Shown in pieces: positions 39,172-48,621 of a stretch of DNA of 64,000 nucleotides. Made by a program: the position numbers and the translations under genes. Below the pieces are notes generated by a model that was not told the origin of the DNA, did no database searches, and saw only the letters and a list, made by a program, of their open reading frames with translations. Position 1 is the first letter of the stretch; the number at the start of each line of letters is the position of its first letter. Source of the DNA: an uncultured Candidatus Saccharibacteria bacterium. Lineage in GTDB: Bacteria > Patescibacteriota > Saccharimonadia > Saccharimonadales > CAZWFS01. The stretch is taken from NCBI GenBank assembly GCA_964633325.1, contig CAZWFS010000001.1:3063-67062 (forward strand), in the 5' to 3' direction.

Positions 39172-39566
39172 GCCGTAACCAAAAAACAGATAAGAAACGC
39201 TTGCTAGAGAAGTTAGCTAAGACACCAATTGTGGAAATCGCCTGCAAGCAAGCTGGTGTACCACGTAGCACCTACTACCGGTGGCGTAAGGATGATGAAA
39301 CCTTTGCCAACCAGTGCGACGAAACCATTGAGCAAAGCGCAGGCCTGATCAATGACATGGCTGAGAGCCAGCTTATCCAAGCCATTAAAGACCAGAACAT
39401 GACGGCTATTATCTTTTGGTTGAAGCACCACCATCCAACCTACTATGCCCGACTTCGGCTGGATGGGCACATCAAACATGAGAGTGAGGAACTAACGCCA
39501 GAACAGACCGAGGCGGTCGTTCGGGCGCTGGCATTCTTGAAGGAGAGTAACGATGGCAGTGGCTGA
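39168..39566 (+). CDS. terminase small subunit-like HTH protein
   Basis: IACKQAGVPRSTYYRWRKDDETF HTH. It overlaps the methylase stop (ATGA) and lies immediately upstream of terL. Confidence 0.5.
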   Translation: MSRNQKTDKKRLLEKLAKTPIVEIACKQAGVPRSTYYRWRKDDETFANQCDETIEQSAGLINDMAESQLIQAIKDQNMTAIIFWLKHHHPTYYARLRLDGHIKHESEELTPEQTEAVVRALAFLKESNDGSG

Positions 39567-41118
39567 ACTAGTTGACCTAACGCAGCTATCCGCTGGTGAT
39601 CTGGAGCACATCCGTAGCTCTAAGCAAGTTCGCATGGGCATCGCTAGCCGTAGCCTGACCGGTTTTATGCATTTGTACTTCCCCGAATACATCACCCGAC
39701 CCACAGCACCTTTTCATCATGAAATGTACGGTTTGCTTGAAGATGAGGCCATCGATCATCTAGTACTAATGGCCTTTCGGGGTTCTGGTAAGTCGACCAT
39801 TGTTACCCTCGGTTATCCCATCTGGGCAGCCTTAGGCACACCCAGCAAAAAGTTTATTCTAATCGCCAGCCAAACCCAACCGCAAGCCCAACAGCATCTC
39901 AAAAACATTAAACGGGAGTTTGAGAGCAATGAACTGTTGCGAAAAGACTTCGGCCCGCTGAATGAAATAGCCGACGAATGGGGCTCGGTATCGTTGGTAC
40001 TTCCTAAGTTTGATACTCGCATCACAGCCGTATCGGTTGAGCAAAGCATCCGTGGGGTGCGTCACGGGCCTCATAGGCCCGATTTAATTATTGCTGACGA
40101 TGTGGAAGATAGTAACTCAGTGAAAACTCGCGAGGGACGTAATAAGGTCTTTGACTGGTATACCGGCGAAGTTGTCCCTGCTGGTGATACCAATACCAAA
40201 AGAGTTGTCATTGGCAACCTGCTGCACGAAGACTCTTTGCTGATGCGCCTGAAAGAGGCCTTTGCGTTAAAAATGATGCAGGGCGTGTTCAAATCATATC
40301 CATTGATTAAGCACGGCAAACCGCTGTGGCGCGGTAAATACCCTGATAGCCAGGCGCTGCGGCGTGAGGAGTTGCGGGTCGGCAACCGGGTAGCCTGGCA
40401 CCGTGAGTACCTGTTGGAGATACTGCCAACCGAAGACCAAGTGGTACATCGAGGATGGCTACGCTACTACGATGAGCTGCCCGAACTTAATCGTGAAAAT
40501 CCTGACAATACACTGCGTTACTACAACACCTACCTAGGTATAGATTTAGCGATCAGCCAAAAAGATACCGCTGACTACACCGCCATGGTGGCAGTACACG
40601 TGTTTGGATTCCAAGAAACTTTGAAAGTTTACGTTGACCCCCTGATTATTAACAAGCGGCTGACTCATTTGCAGACGCTGGAAACCATTGCTCAGGTGGT
40701 GGAATCCGTAGGTGATAAGTACAAAGTGGAAATTATTGTCGAGGACGTTGGCTACCAGTCGTCCGTAATTGAACAACTGCAGAACAAAAACTACCGCGTG
40801 GAACCGTTTAAAGTTCTGGGTGCTGACAAACGTGCTCGTTTTATCTCTGTTAGCCACTTGTTTGAATTTGGTCGGATCTATCTGCCTAGAGCTGCTTCCA
40901 AGGAACTAGCTAACCAACTGACTGGGTTTGGCGTCGAAAAGCATGATGACCTGGTTGATGCTATCGTCATGACCCTTGGTAAAGTGGTGAGTAAAGACAA
41001 ACCGATTGGTACCTACAGTGGAGTTAGGCTTGGCAAACATAGCCTCTGGAAAGATTTTGACGACTTCGAGAATGGCCGAGGCCGGTGGTCGCTTAGTCGG
41101 TTTGATCAGCAGTGGTAG
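39553..41118 (+). CDS. phage terminase large subunit
   Basis: Walker A FRGSGKST and Walker B DLIIADDVED in the ATPase domain, followed by a C-terminal RNaseH-like nuclease region with conserved acidic residues. Confidence 0.75.
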   Translation: MAVAELVDLTQLSAGDLEHIRSSKQVRMGIASRSLTGFMHLYFPEYITRPTAPFHHEMYGLLEDEAIDHLVLMAFRGSGKSTIVTLGYPIWAALGTPSKKFILIASQTQPQAQQHLKNIKREFESNELLRKDFGPLNEIADEWGSVSLVLPKFDTRITAVSVEQSIRGVRHGPHRPDLIIADDVEDSNSVKTREGRNKVFDWYTGEVVPAGDTNTKRVVIGNLLHEDSLLMRLKEAFALKMMQGVFKSYPLIKHGKPLWRGKYPDSQALRREELRVGNRVAWHREYLLEILPTEDQVVHRGWLRYYDELPELNRENPDNTLRYYNTYLGIDLAISQKDTADYTAMVAVHVFGFQETLKVYVDPLIINKRLTHLQTLETIAQVVESVGDKYKVEIIVEDVGYQSSVIEQLQNKNYRVEPFKVLGADKRARFISVSHLFEFGRIYLPRAASKELANQLTGFGVEKHDDLVDAIVMTLGKVVSKDKPIGTYSGVRLGKHSLWKDFDDFENGRGRWSLSRFDQQW

Positions 41119-41360
41119 AGCTAGGCTGCTAAACCCGCATTGTCCTAGCCTTCTCCTCTGTTGACAGGTATAATGCTGATTGTCTAGGTCACTGATAAGC
41201 GAACGCGGTTCGCGTAGTTAAGCCATAGTAATGGGCAGCTACGTGAAAAGTAGGCTTAACGGCTTATCTGTGACCTAGACAGTTACTAGCGTGGCTGTCC
41301 ATTTTTATATAAGGGCAGCCTCCAAAACAACTAACTAGGCCTTCAGGAGGGGCTGTCAAA

Positions 41361-41816
41361 ATGAGTAAAGATAAAAGCGGAAACTGGTTCGGCAGGCACA
41401 AAATATTAACAGTAGTTGGTGTCCTTATTGTCATAGGCATCATAGCTAGTGCGGCTGGTGGGAATAAATCCAATACACAAACGGTGCCTAACAGTAATAG
41501 CAATACAACAACTACGGCACCGACCCCAGCTCAGCAAACACAACCGCAAAAAGAAAAGCTAACAATTAAGAACTCGACTTACTCGGAAACGAGCGGTCTC
41601 AAGCAGGTAGTCGGTGAAGTAACAAATAATGACTCCAGCCAGCACTCGGCTACCCTAAAGGCAACCTTCTACGACGCAAATGGCAAAATCTTAGGAACTG
41701 CCAGCGGCGCGGTCAACGAAGTAGCTCCAGGTGAAACCAAAACCTTCACGCTGATCACCGCCGACAATGTCAGCGGCTACAAGGACATGAAAGTTCAGGT
41801 CGACACACTGCTATAG
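41361..41816 (+). CDS. small secreted or membrane-anchored protein
   Basis: Signal-anchor (ILTVVGVLIVIGIIASAAG), a Thr/Asn-rich linker and a beta-rich C-terminus. AGGAGGGG RBS. Confidence 0.4.
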   Translation: MSKDKSGNWFGRHKILTVVGVLIVIGIIASAAGGNKSNTQTVPNSNSNTTTTAPTPAQQTQPQKEKLTIKNSTYSETSGLKQVVGEVTNNDSSQHSATLKATFYDANGKILGTASGAVNEVAPGETKTFTLITADNVSGYKDMKVQVDTLL

Positions 41817-41896
41817 TATATTCAAACAAAGAGCTAATGTATGGCCGAGCCTTCGGGCTCGGTTATGGTTTGCTAATGCTAAACTACTAATGAACT

Positions 41897-42790
41897 ATGG
41901 ATAAACAAAAAAGAGCTTACATATACGCAATTAGTGCTGTATTGCTTTGGTCAACCGTAGCCTCAGCTTTTAAGATCTCATTACGCTATCTGGATACCTT
42001 CCAGCTACTTTTCTTTGCAGCCCTGTCATCCACGTTGATATTGTTCCTCATACTGCAATTACAACACAAGCTAGAGCTGCTTAAACAGACTACTAGTAAG
42101 GACTACCTGCATTCTGCCCTTTTTGGCTTATTGAACCCTTTCTTGTATTACATAATCCTCTTTAAGGCCTATGATTTGCTCCCCGCTCAAGAAGCCCAAC
42201 CTTTGAACTACATTTGGGCCGTTATGCTGGTTATCTTGTCCATCCCCCTTCTTAAACAAAAGATTAGCTTAAAAAGTACCCTAGCTATCCTTATTAGTTT
42301 CTTTGGAGTATTCGTCATTGCAACTCATGGAAATGTTCTTGGATTTAGGTTTACAAACATAGGCGGTGCTTCATTAGCTATCGGTAGTTCTGTAATATGG
42401 GCCTTGTTTTGGATATACAACGTCAGAGACAAGAGAGATGAAGTTATAAAGCTCTTTTTAGGCTTTCTATTTGGGTTGGTGTATGTGGCAATAGCCACAA
42501 TCATTTTTTCAAGCCTGGCTGCTCCCGATATTCGTGGCCTCTTGGGAGCTATCTATGTTGGCTTATTTGAGATGGGAATCACTTTTGTCCTATGGTCTAA
42601 GGCCATAAAGTTGTCAGTTAATACGGCAAAGGTTAGCCGCTTCATCTTTCTATCTCCGTTCATATCCCTGATACTTATTCACTTTATAATCGGAGAGGAT
42701 ATTTTGCTTTCAACAATAGTAGGCCTTGTGTTTATTGTTGCTGGAATACTTTTGGAACAATCGGGCAAAAAACTTAGCGAAGCTAAGTGA
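41897..42790 (+). CDS. EamA/DMT-superfamily transporter
   Basis: Ten TM helices with the duplicated EamA architecture; N-terminus AISAVLLWSTVASAFKISLRY. Confidence 0.7.
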   Translation: MDKQKRAYIYAISAVLLWSTVASAFKISLRYLDTFQLLFFAALSSTLILFLILQLQHKLELLKQTTSKDYLHSALFGLLNPFLYYIILFKAYDLLPAQEAQPLNYIWAVMLVILSIPLLKQKISLKSTLAILISFFGVFVIATHGNVLGFRFTNIGGASLAIGSSVIWALFWIYNVRDKRDEVIKLFLGFLFGLVYVAIATIIFSSLAAPDIRGLLGAIYVGLFEMGITFVLWSKAIKLSVNTAKVSRFIFLSPFISLILIHFIIGEDILLSTIVGLVFIVAGILLEQSGKKLSEAK

Positions 42791-43055
42791 TAGAAACCGA
42801 TTTTGGCATCCTCGGCGATTTACGTGTGGTCGCTTAGAGACTTCGAGTAGTTTGCTTATCACACAGAGAACCCAAGCTTAAAGCAAAAGGCCCTGAGGGT
42901 ACTGTAGATATTTGGCTCAGTAGGAGCAAAAGAATGGTATTTAGATAACCGGGAGAAAGCACGTCCGGCGATTGGGACTATGTTATCGCAGAACTTAAGC
43001 ACGCAAATTAGGCTGTAGTCACGGACGCTACTTTTACTCCCTTTTGCTTACCGTT

Positions 43056-44390
43056 CTATAAAAGCTGTTTACTTAATTCCGCAGGCCATTCTCGCCGGAT
43101 AAAAGGCATATACTGCACTTCTTCAGCTAGTTTTTTGACCAGCTTTTCAAGCTCGCTAAAGCCATCATCAACTTCCTTCTGCCCGATAACAACCTTGTGC
43201 GGCACGTGATCTTCGTGGGCAGCCTTCAGCCGAGAAGACACACTGATAGCCTTATCGTCTATTTCAATGCGTAGCGGTAAGTTCTCGTATTTGTTAACCA
43301 AATCTTGGCAATGCTTAACGAACTCGGCACCAACTGGTAACAATCTGATCTGCACCGGACTTACCCATAACGGCAATCCCTGCTCGAAGTTGTCGAACAG
43401 TATATACAAATATCGTTCAACGCCACCTGGAATGGCCGAATGGATGATGATCGGGTTTTTTGATTCACCATTCTCATCGATGTAGTGAATATTTAGTCGC
43501 CGGGCGTTATCAATATCAACCTGGATACAAGCTATTTCACGAGCCTGGCCGAGCTTGTCGATGACTTTGTAATCGACGTTGACGACCCAATAGCGGTCTT
43601 TACCGTCTTCTAGGATATTGACCAGCACATCAGCACCGAGTGATATCGGTATTTGCTCTATGTAGCCTTGGTATTCTTGCCAGACTTTTTCTGATGGCAC
43701 TTCAATCACGACCTGATAGCTACGATTTGCGGCAGCGACCGATTGGAGAATCTGCTCTTGTAACTTCGGGAACCAGTCAAAGGCCTCGGAAACATCCTTA
43801 AAGTAGGGGTGAATGTCTGGCATATAGAACCGTCTTTGCCGAAGCAGCATCATCATTTCGCCGCTTTGTTCTTGCCGATAGCAATCGGATAGTGAAAAGT
43901 GAGCGAACGGAAATTGTTTGTAGCTCAACGGTGCTTTGGAAGCTAGGTTGAACTGCGGATAGCTAGCATCGTAACTCATGACAATGTCTGACTTGCCCGA
44001 TTTGAACTGGTACAGCCGGTCGCCATATAACGAAGCGTAAGCATCAACCACCGGATGCTGAAGACTAAACATATTCGCGCCGTTGACCTCATAGATCGGT
44101 AAGCCGATACCATGCACGAGTTGTCGGGCGTAATCCTGTACTAACCGTCGCATCAGGTTGGCTTTATAGTTGTATTGCACATGGCCAATATCGGCATTCG
44201 GCTCCCAGTTGAAACCTAGTTTACTGGCGTGAGCAAGATATGCTGGCTTGTCGTTAGATTGGTCTACCAATACTTCGCCAAGTGCCTCTCGGCGGACAAA
44301 ACGAGCAAACTCACTGTTAATTTTACGCAGCTTTAAGTAATCGTCTATTTCAACGACCTGTTTTTGTTGGTTTAAGATAAAGTATTTCAT
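43056..44390 (-). CDS. thrS: threonyl-tRNA synthetase, catalytic and anticodon-binding domains only (lacks the N-terminal TGS/editing domains)
   Basis: PIIIHSAIPGGVERYLYILFDNF and PLWVSPVQIRLLPV match the ThrRS motif-3 and anticodon-domain regions. At 444 aa it is too short to contain the N1/N2 domains. Confidence 0.65.
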   Translation of the reverse strand: MKYFILNQQKQVVEIDDYLKLRKINSEFARFVRREALGEVLVDQSNDKPAYLAHASKLGFNWEPNADIGHVQYNYKANLMRRLVQDYARQLVHGIGLPIYEVNGANMFSLQHPVVDAYASLYGDRLYQFKSGKSDIVMSYDASYPQFNLASKAPLSYKQFPFAHFSLSDCYRQEQSGEMMMLLRQRRFYMPDIHPYFKDVSEAFDWFPKLQEQILQSVAAANRSYQVVIEVPSEKVWQEYQGYIEQIPISLGADVLVNILEDGKDRYWVVNVDYKVIDKLGQAREIACIQVDIDNARRLNIHYIDENGESKNPIIIHSAIPGGVERYLYILFDNFEQGLPLWVSPVQIRLLPVGAEFVKHCQDLVNKYENLPLRIEIDDKAISVSSRLKAAHEDHVPHKVVIGQKEVDDGFSELEKLVKKLAEEVQYMPFIRREWPAELSKQLL

Positions 44391-44780
44391 TTGGAAACTC
44401 CATTAGGGTTAAGTTCTATTACCTCTGCTTGTCGCCCTAAATGGAGTTTTCCCTTGAGAAATAAAAAACTCCCGCCGTTGGGAGTTTTCAATCATGACAA
44501 ACCCAACGGTCTAGGACGGTACCGTTGTCGTGGTTGATTGGCTTGAAATGATTGGATAAATCATAGAGTGTATTATAGCACGAAACTTAAGTATTGACAA
44601 ATTTTTGTATAACGTGTAAGCTTGCCTGGATGATAAGTTTAACCCAAGTATTATTTATTGTACCGCCAGCCCCTAGTAGTCACCGGAGGCTTTGCTAGGT
44701 TTTAAATAACATAAATCCAAGAATCAGCGCAAGGCGGCCTCCGGGCCGTCTTTTTACTTGCGCTGATTTACGGAGTAATT

Positions 44781-45752
44781 ATGTTAAATCTAAATATTGA
44801 ACGTGTCGAACTTGGCACGGATGAAATGCAAAAGCTAGTGAGACAAGGACATAGAGTCAGAGAAACCCCTCATCTTGGTGGTCCTTATTTTGGAAAATAT
44901 GCCTTAACACTAGGTGGTCTGGCAAGCGATGTTGTCCTAGTTGATACCATTAAGGCTGCCCGGGACAAGTTTGGTAAGGTCCAAGACTTGGCTGGAATTA
45001 GAATACTCTCGAATAGTGAGGGAGAACGTATCCCAGCTGCCGCAACAAATAACTTCGCTCTGGAAGCTACAAAAAAGAAAACAGCACAAGCTAGATTAGA
45101 TGAAGTAGCTAGTTTGGTAGAAAGTTTGGGAGTTGCAGGGGCTGAACGATTTTTTCAAAACGGTGCTGTTGATTTTGTAGCATTGCATACTCATTGCACA
45201 GAATCAGTCGTTGCTGACGGTATATCCGTTTCAACCTTTGCTGATTTATGGAGAAAATCGGGAGAGACCGCCAATGCCATGATGTTTTATATGGCAGAAC
45301 AAGGTTTGCTTGAACGCTGGTATGACTCCGAGGCAAAAGAGGTTATGGGAGTAAACGACACAGGCCAATCTGCCCTGCTAAGGAGTGAGGGTAGTTACTT
45401 TGATTCGTGTACGACAGTACACGGTGTGTTGCCTCCTGTGGAGGCTATGCTAGCAATTGAAGCCGTCCAGGCTGTAATTGACGGGCGAGATGTTACTTAT
45501 GACCATCTTTATGTTAGGAGTACGGAGTACACCAAAGACGAAGCGGTCAATGACCGTGTGCGTGATATTGCACTTGGTACTCTTGCGTTGCTGGGAGGTT
45601 TAAGTGGTCAAGTTTCCTATCGCTACATCATTGCCGATAACCAACTACTAGACGAGATAGGGGGCGCGAAAACTCACTTCGATATGTTAAAAGTAGGCCA
45701 AAGATTTGATGCTGATACACTTACAAGGAAATGGAGTGGTTCAAATGATTAA
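44781..45752 (+). CDS. hypothetical protein; upstream partner of the VanX-like gene
   Basis: ORF whose stop overlaps the next gene's start (ATGATTAA); no motif. Confidence 0.35.
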   Translation: MLNLNIERVELGTDEMQKLVRQGHRVRETPHLGGPYFGKYALTLGGLASDVVLVDTIKAARDKFGKVQDLAGIRILSNSEGERIPAAATNNFALEATKKKTAQARLDEVASLVESLGVAGAERFFQNGAVDFVALHTHCTESVVADGISVSTFADLWRKSGETANAMMFYMAEQGLLERWYDSEAKEVMGVNDTGQSALLRSEGSYFDSCTTVHGVLPPVEAMLAIEAVQAVIDGRDVTYDHLYVRSTEYTKDEAVNDRVRDIALGTLALLGGLSGQVSYRYIIADNQLLDEIGGAKTHFDMLKVGQRFDADTLTRKWSGSND

Positions 45753-46463
45753 AACAAACTTACTGGCCAAAATTACTACACCTTCACCACATCCATCCAG
45801 CATAAAGATTAAGGATTGTGGCGACGATTTAGTGTCGTTAGACGACCAATTTACAGTCAAGCCATTTTGGCTTGATAAAAATGCTCTCGTTCGTGAAATT
45901 GAGGGTAAATACTACTTACCTTACATAGTAGAACATCCTGACTTTCAATTAAAAGTAAGGGCTGGTGTCCTAAAAGACTAATCATTGCCAGGGAGTATTT
46001 ACCCGACCATTGGCAAGTAATAGTCAAGGCAGGTTTTCGACCCCTAGGGGTACAGCAGTCAATGTTTCAGGACTTTCTTGAAAAAGTCAGAATCGAACAT
46101 TCTGACTGGAGTAGCAAAAAATGTCTCGAGTATGCTAGTCAATATATTTCAAATGCTGACAAGGTTATACCGCCCCATGTTACAGGAGGCGCTATTGATA
46201 TAGATGTCTACGACACTCTCAATAAGAAATTCGTTGATATGGGAGGCAAGATGTGTGAGCTTAGCGAGCTTTCACACTGTTTAAATAGCAAACTGACTAA
46301 AGCGCAGCACAGTAATCAGGAAGTACTGATTGCTGCAATGTGTAGGTCTGATTTTGCGCCTCTTTATTCAGAATGGTGGCACTATAGTTATGGCGACCAG
46401 CGGTGGGCAGCATTTTACGATAAGAAAAAAGCTGTTTACAACGCTGTTAATTCAGAAAGTTAG
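45745..46463 (+). pseudogene. M15-family D-Ala-D-Ala dipeptidase (VanX/DdpX-like), split by a frameshift near 45940-45980
   Basis: Frame B encodes QVIVKAGFRPLGVQQSMF (similar to DdpX LVIYDAYRPQQAQAM), then HVTGGAIDID and WWHYSY (zinc ligands of VanX: SxHxxGxAxD...EWWH). The preceding frame A (45745-45981) carries the N-terminal part and ends 40 nt after frame B opens. Confidence 0.5.
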
Positions 46464-46492
46464 ATTACAATTAACGTAACAAGGAAAAAATT

Positions 46493-47923
46493 ATGAGTGA
46501 TAAAAAACTACTACCTTCAAAAACTGACAATATTTCAGATTGGTATACTACCGTTATTAAATTAGCCGACCTGGCTGAATACGGCCCTACCAAAGGCACA
46601 ATCATAGTCAAACCCTATGGCTGCGCCATATGGGAATTAATACAAGAAACACTTAACAAGGAATTCAAAGCCAGGGGTGTTAGCAATGCTTTCTTTCCAC
46701 TTTTCATCCCTATGTCTTTTTTAGAAAAAGAAAAAGCGCATGTTGAGGGTTTTGCCCCAGAACTTGCGGTTGTAACTCACGCCGGAGGCGAAAAACTTGA
46801 GGAACCACTCGTAGTGCGCCCAACAAGTGAAACGATAATCTATGATGCATACTCCAAATGGGTACACTCGTGGCGTGATTTGCCAATCATGATGAATCAG
46901 TGGTGCAGCGTTGTGAGGTGGAATAAACGCACAATGCCCTTTATCCGTACCAGTGAATTTTGGTGGCAAGAGGGGCATACCGCTCATGCTACACACGATG
47001 AAGCAATTGAGTTGCAAAATTGGGCAATGCAAACTTATGCAAAACTCTACCGTGAATACTTTGCGATGGACGGATATATGGGCTGGAAATCTACTGCCGA
47101 ACGTTTTGCAGGCGCAGACAGCACGCTTACTTTTGAATCGTTAATGCCTAGCGGGAAAACACTTCAAGCCTGTACATCTCACGATCTAGGGCAAAATTTT
47201 GCCAAAGCGTTTGATATTAGTTTTCAGGATAAAGACGGTACTGAAAGTTACGCATGGCAAACAAGTTGGGGCATATCAACTCGTTCACTTGGTGGTCTCA
47301 TCATGGCACACGGAGACAATAATGGTTTGCGGTTACCTCCAAAGTTAGCACCCGTACAAGTTGCGATTGTGCCCGTTAAGGCAGAATCGGGTGTTGTTAG
47401 TTACTGCCAGGAAATTAAAGATGACTTGGAAAAACAGGGTTTACGAGTGATTGTAGATGACCGTGATGATGAGACGTTTGGTTTTCGGCTCAATAAGTGG
47501 GAAGTAAAAGGCGCGCCTATAATACTAAAAATAGGCGACAAAGAGCGTACACAGCAAACGGTGCTTGCTAAGCGTAGAGACAGTGGCGATGAAATATCTG
47601 TTGAAAAGACTAAACTTACCGACAAAATAAGTGAACTCCTTGAAGATGTTCATACAAGAATGTTCATTGAATCGCAGAGTTTCATAAAAGAAAATACACG
47701 TTCAGCTAAAACCTACGATGAGTTCAAGAAAGTCCTCAAAGAACACAAAGGTTTCATCAAAGTTTGCTGGAACGATAACCCTGAAATTGAAAAGAAAATT
47801 AAAGAAGAAACTAAAGCCAAAACCAGTTGCAGACCGATTGATCTGCCAGAAGTAGAAGACGGTGTAGACTTTTACACTGGCGAGCCAGCCAAACAACAAT
47901 GGCTCTTTGCTCAAAGCTATTAA
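46493..47923 (+). CDS. proS: prolyl-tRNA synthetase, archaeal/eukaryote-like type
   Basis: N-terminus ISDWYTTVIKLADLAEY...IVKPYGCAIWE and class II motifs. About 476 aa with the C-terminal ProRS-specific domain. Confidence 0.85.
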   Translation: MSDKKLLPSKTDNISDWYTTVIKLADLAEYGPTKGTIIVKPYGCAIWELIQETLNKEFKARGVSNAFFPLFIPMSFLEKEKAHVEGFAPELAVVTHAGGEKLEEPLVVRPTSETIIYDAYSKWVHSWRDLPIMMNQWCSVVRWNKRTMPFIRTSEFWWQEGHTAHATHDEAIELQNWAMQTYAKLYREYFAMDGYMGWKSTAERFAGADSTLTFESLMPSGKTLQACTSHDLGQNFAKAFDISFQDKDGTESYAWQTSWGISTRSLGGLIMAHGDNNGLRLPPKLAPVQVAIVPVKAESGVVSYCQEIKDDLEKQGLRVIVDDRDDETFGFRLNKWEVKGAPIILKIGDKERTQQTVLAKRRDSGDEISVEKTKLTDKISELLEDVHTRMFIESQSFIKENTRSAKTYDEFKKVLKEHKGFIKVCWNDNPEIEKKIKEETKAKTSCRPIDLPEVEDGVDFYTGEPAKQQWLFAQSY

Positions 47924-48274
47924 ATCTTTTACAGTAATAACATAGATTAAATTCTGCAAATCGCTCCACTTTAGTTCGGCGCATTTCTTAGAATAACCTA
48001 AAAATTGACGGTTCACATAGTTTGGAGTAGTATAATCACACAAAAGCAATGAAGGGGTATGCCGCCCTGGAGCTGCCTGCGATGAGCAGTGCCGGAAGCT
48101 CAACCGTATAAATAGAGACACTGATGTCGACCAAGTCGGAGTCAGTTATTGAGGTCGCAAGCAGTGATGTTGCGACAAAAGCAAGATGGTAACACGAGTA
48201 GCCTCGTTCTTGCTAAGCACAGAGATGTGTTTAGTGGGAACGGGGCTATATTATTTTGAAAGGAGATATAACAA

Positions 48275-48610
48275 ATGAAAATAGTATACGAAGACTTTGA
48301 AAAAGTTGATATCAGAGTAGGTAGGATAGTTGATATAGAAGATTTTCCAGAAGCTCGTAAGGCTTCATACCGACTTAAGATAGATCTAGGACAAGAAATC
48401 GGTATTAAAAAATCATGTGCCCAATTGCCTAAGAATTACACCAAAGAACAGCTCAAAGATAAACTTGTTCTGTGTGTGGTTAACTTCCCTCCGCGTCAAA
48501 TTGGGCCGGCGGTATCAGAAGTTCTAACGCTAGGAGTGCCTGACGATGAAAATGAATGCGTACTGGTTATCCCTGATAAGGATATACCCTTAGGCGGAAA
48601 ATTATATTAG
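48275..48610 (+). CDS. stand-alone tRNA-binding domain protein (Trbp111/CsaA/EMAP-II-like OB fold)
   Basis: DIRVGRIVDIEDFPEARK...IDLGQEIGIKKSCAQL...LVLCVVNFPP is the canonical Trbp111-type tRNA-binding domain. It lies 11 nt upstream of alaS. Confidence 0.7.
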   Translation: MKIVYEDFEKVDIRVGRIVDIEDFPEARKASYRLKIDLGQEIGIKKSCAQLPKNYTKEQLKDKLVLCVVNFPPRQIGPAVSEVLTLGVPDDENECVLVIPDKDIPLGGKLY

Positions 48611-48621
48611 GAGAAACCACC

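Larger units (their letters stand above)
35495..41118. mobile_element. phage-derived island: serine integrase, ParB-methyltransferase, terS and terL, without structural genes
   Basis: Gene content as annotated individually. It starts next to tRNA-Ser(GCU) and ends before a nested inverted-repeat region at 41161-41281. Confidence 0.5.

Noticed and set aside
41161-41174. TTGACA and TATAAT hexamers as a promoter.
   Set aside because: The spacer is only 2 nt, incompatible with a sigma70 promoter. The hexamers may still be part of another signal, as noted in the findings.
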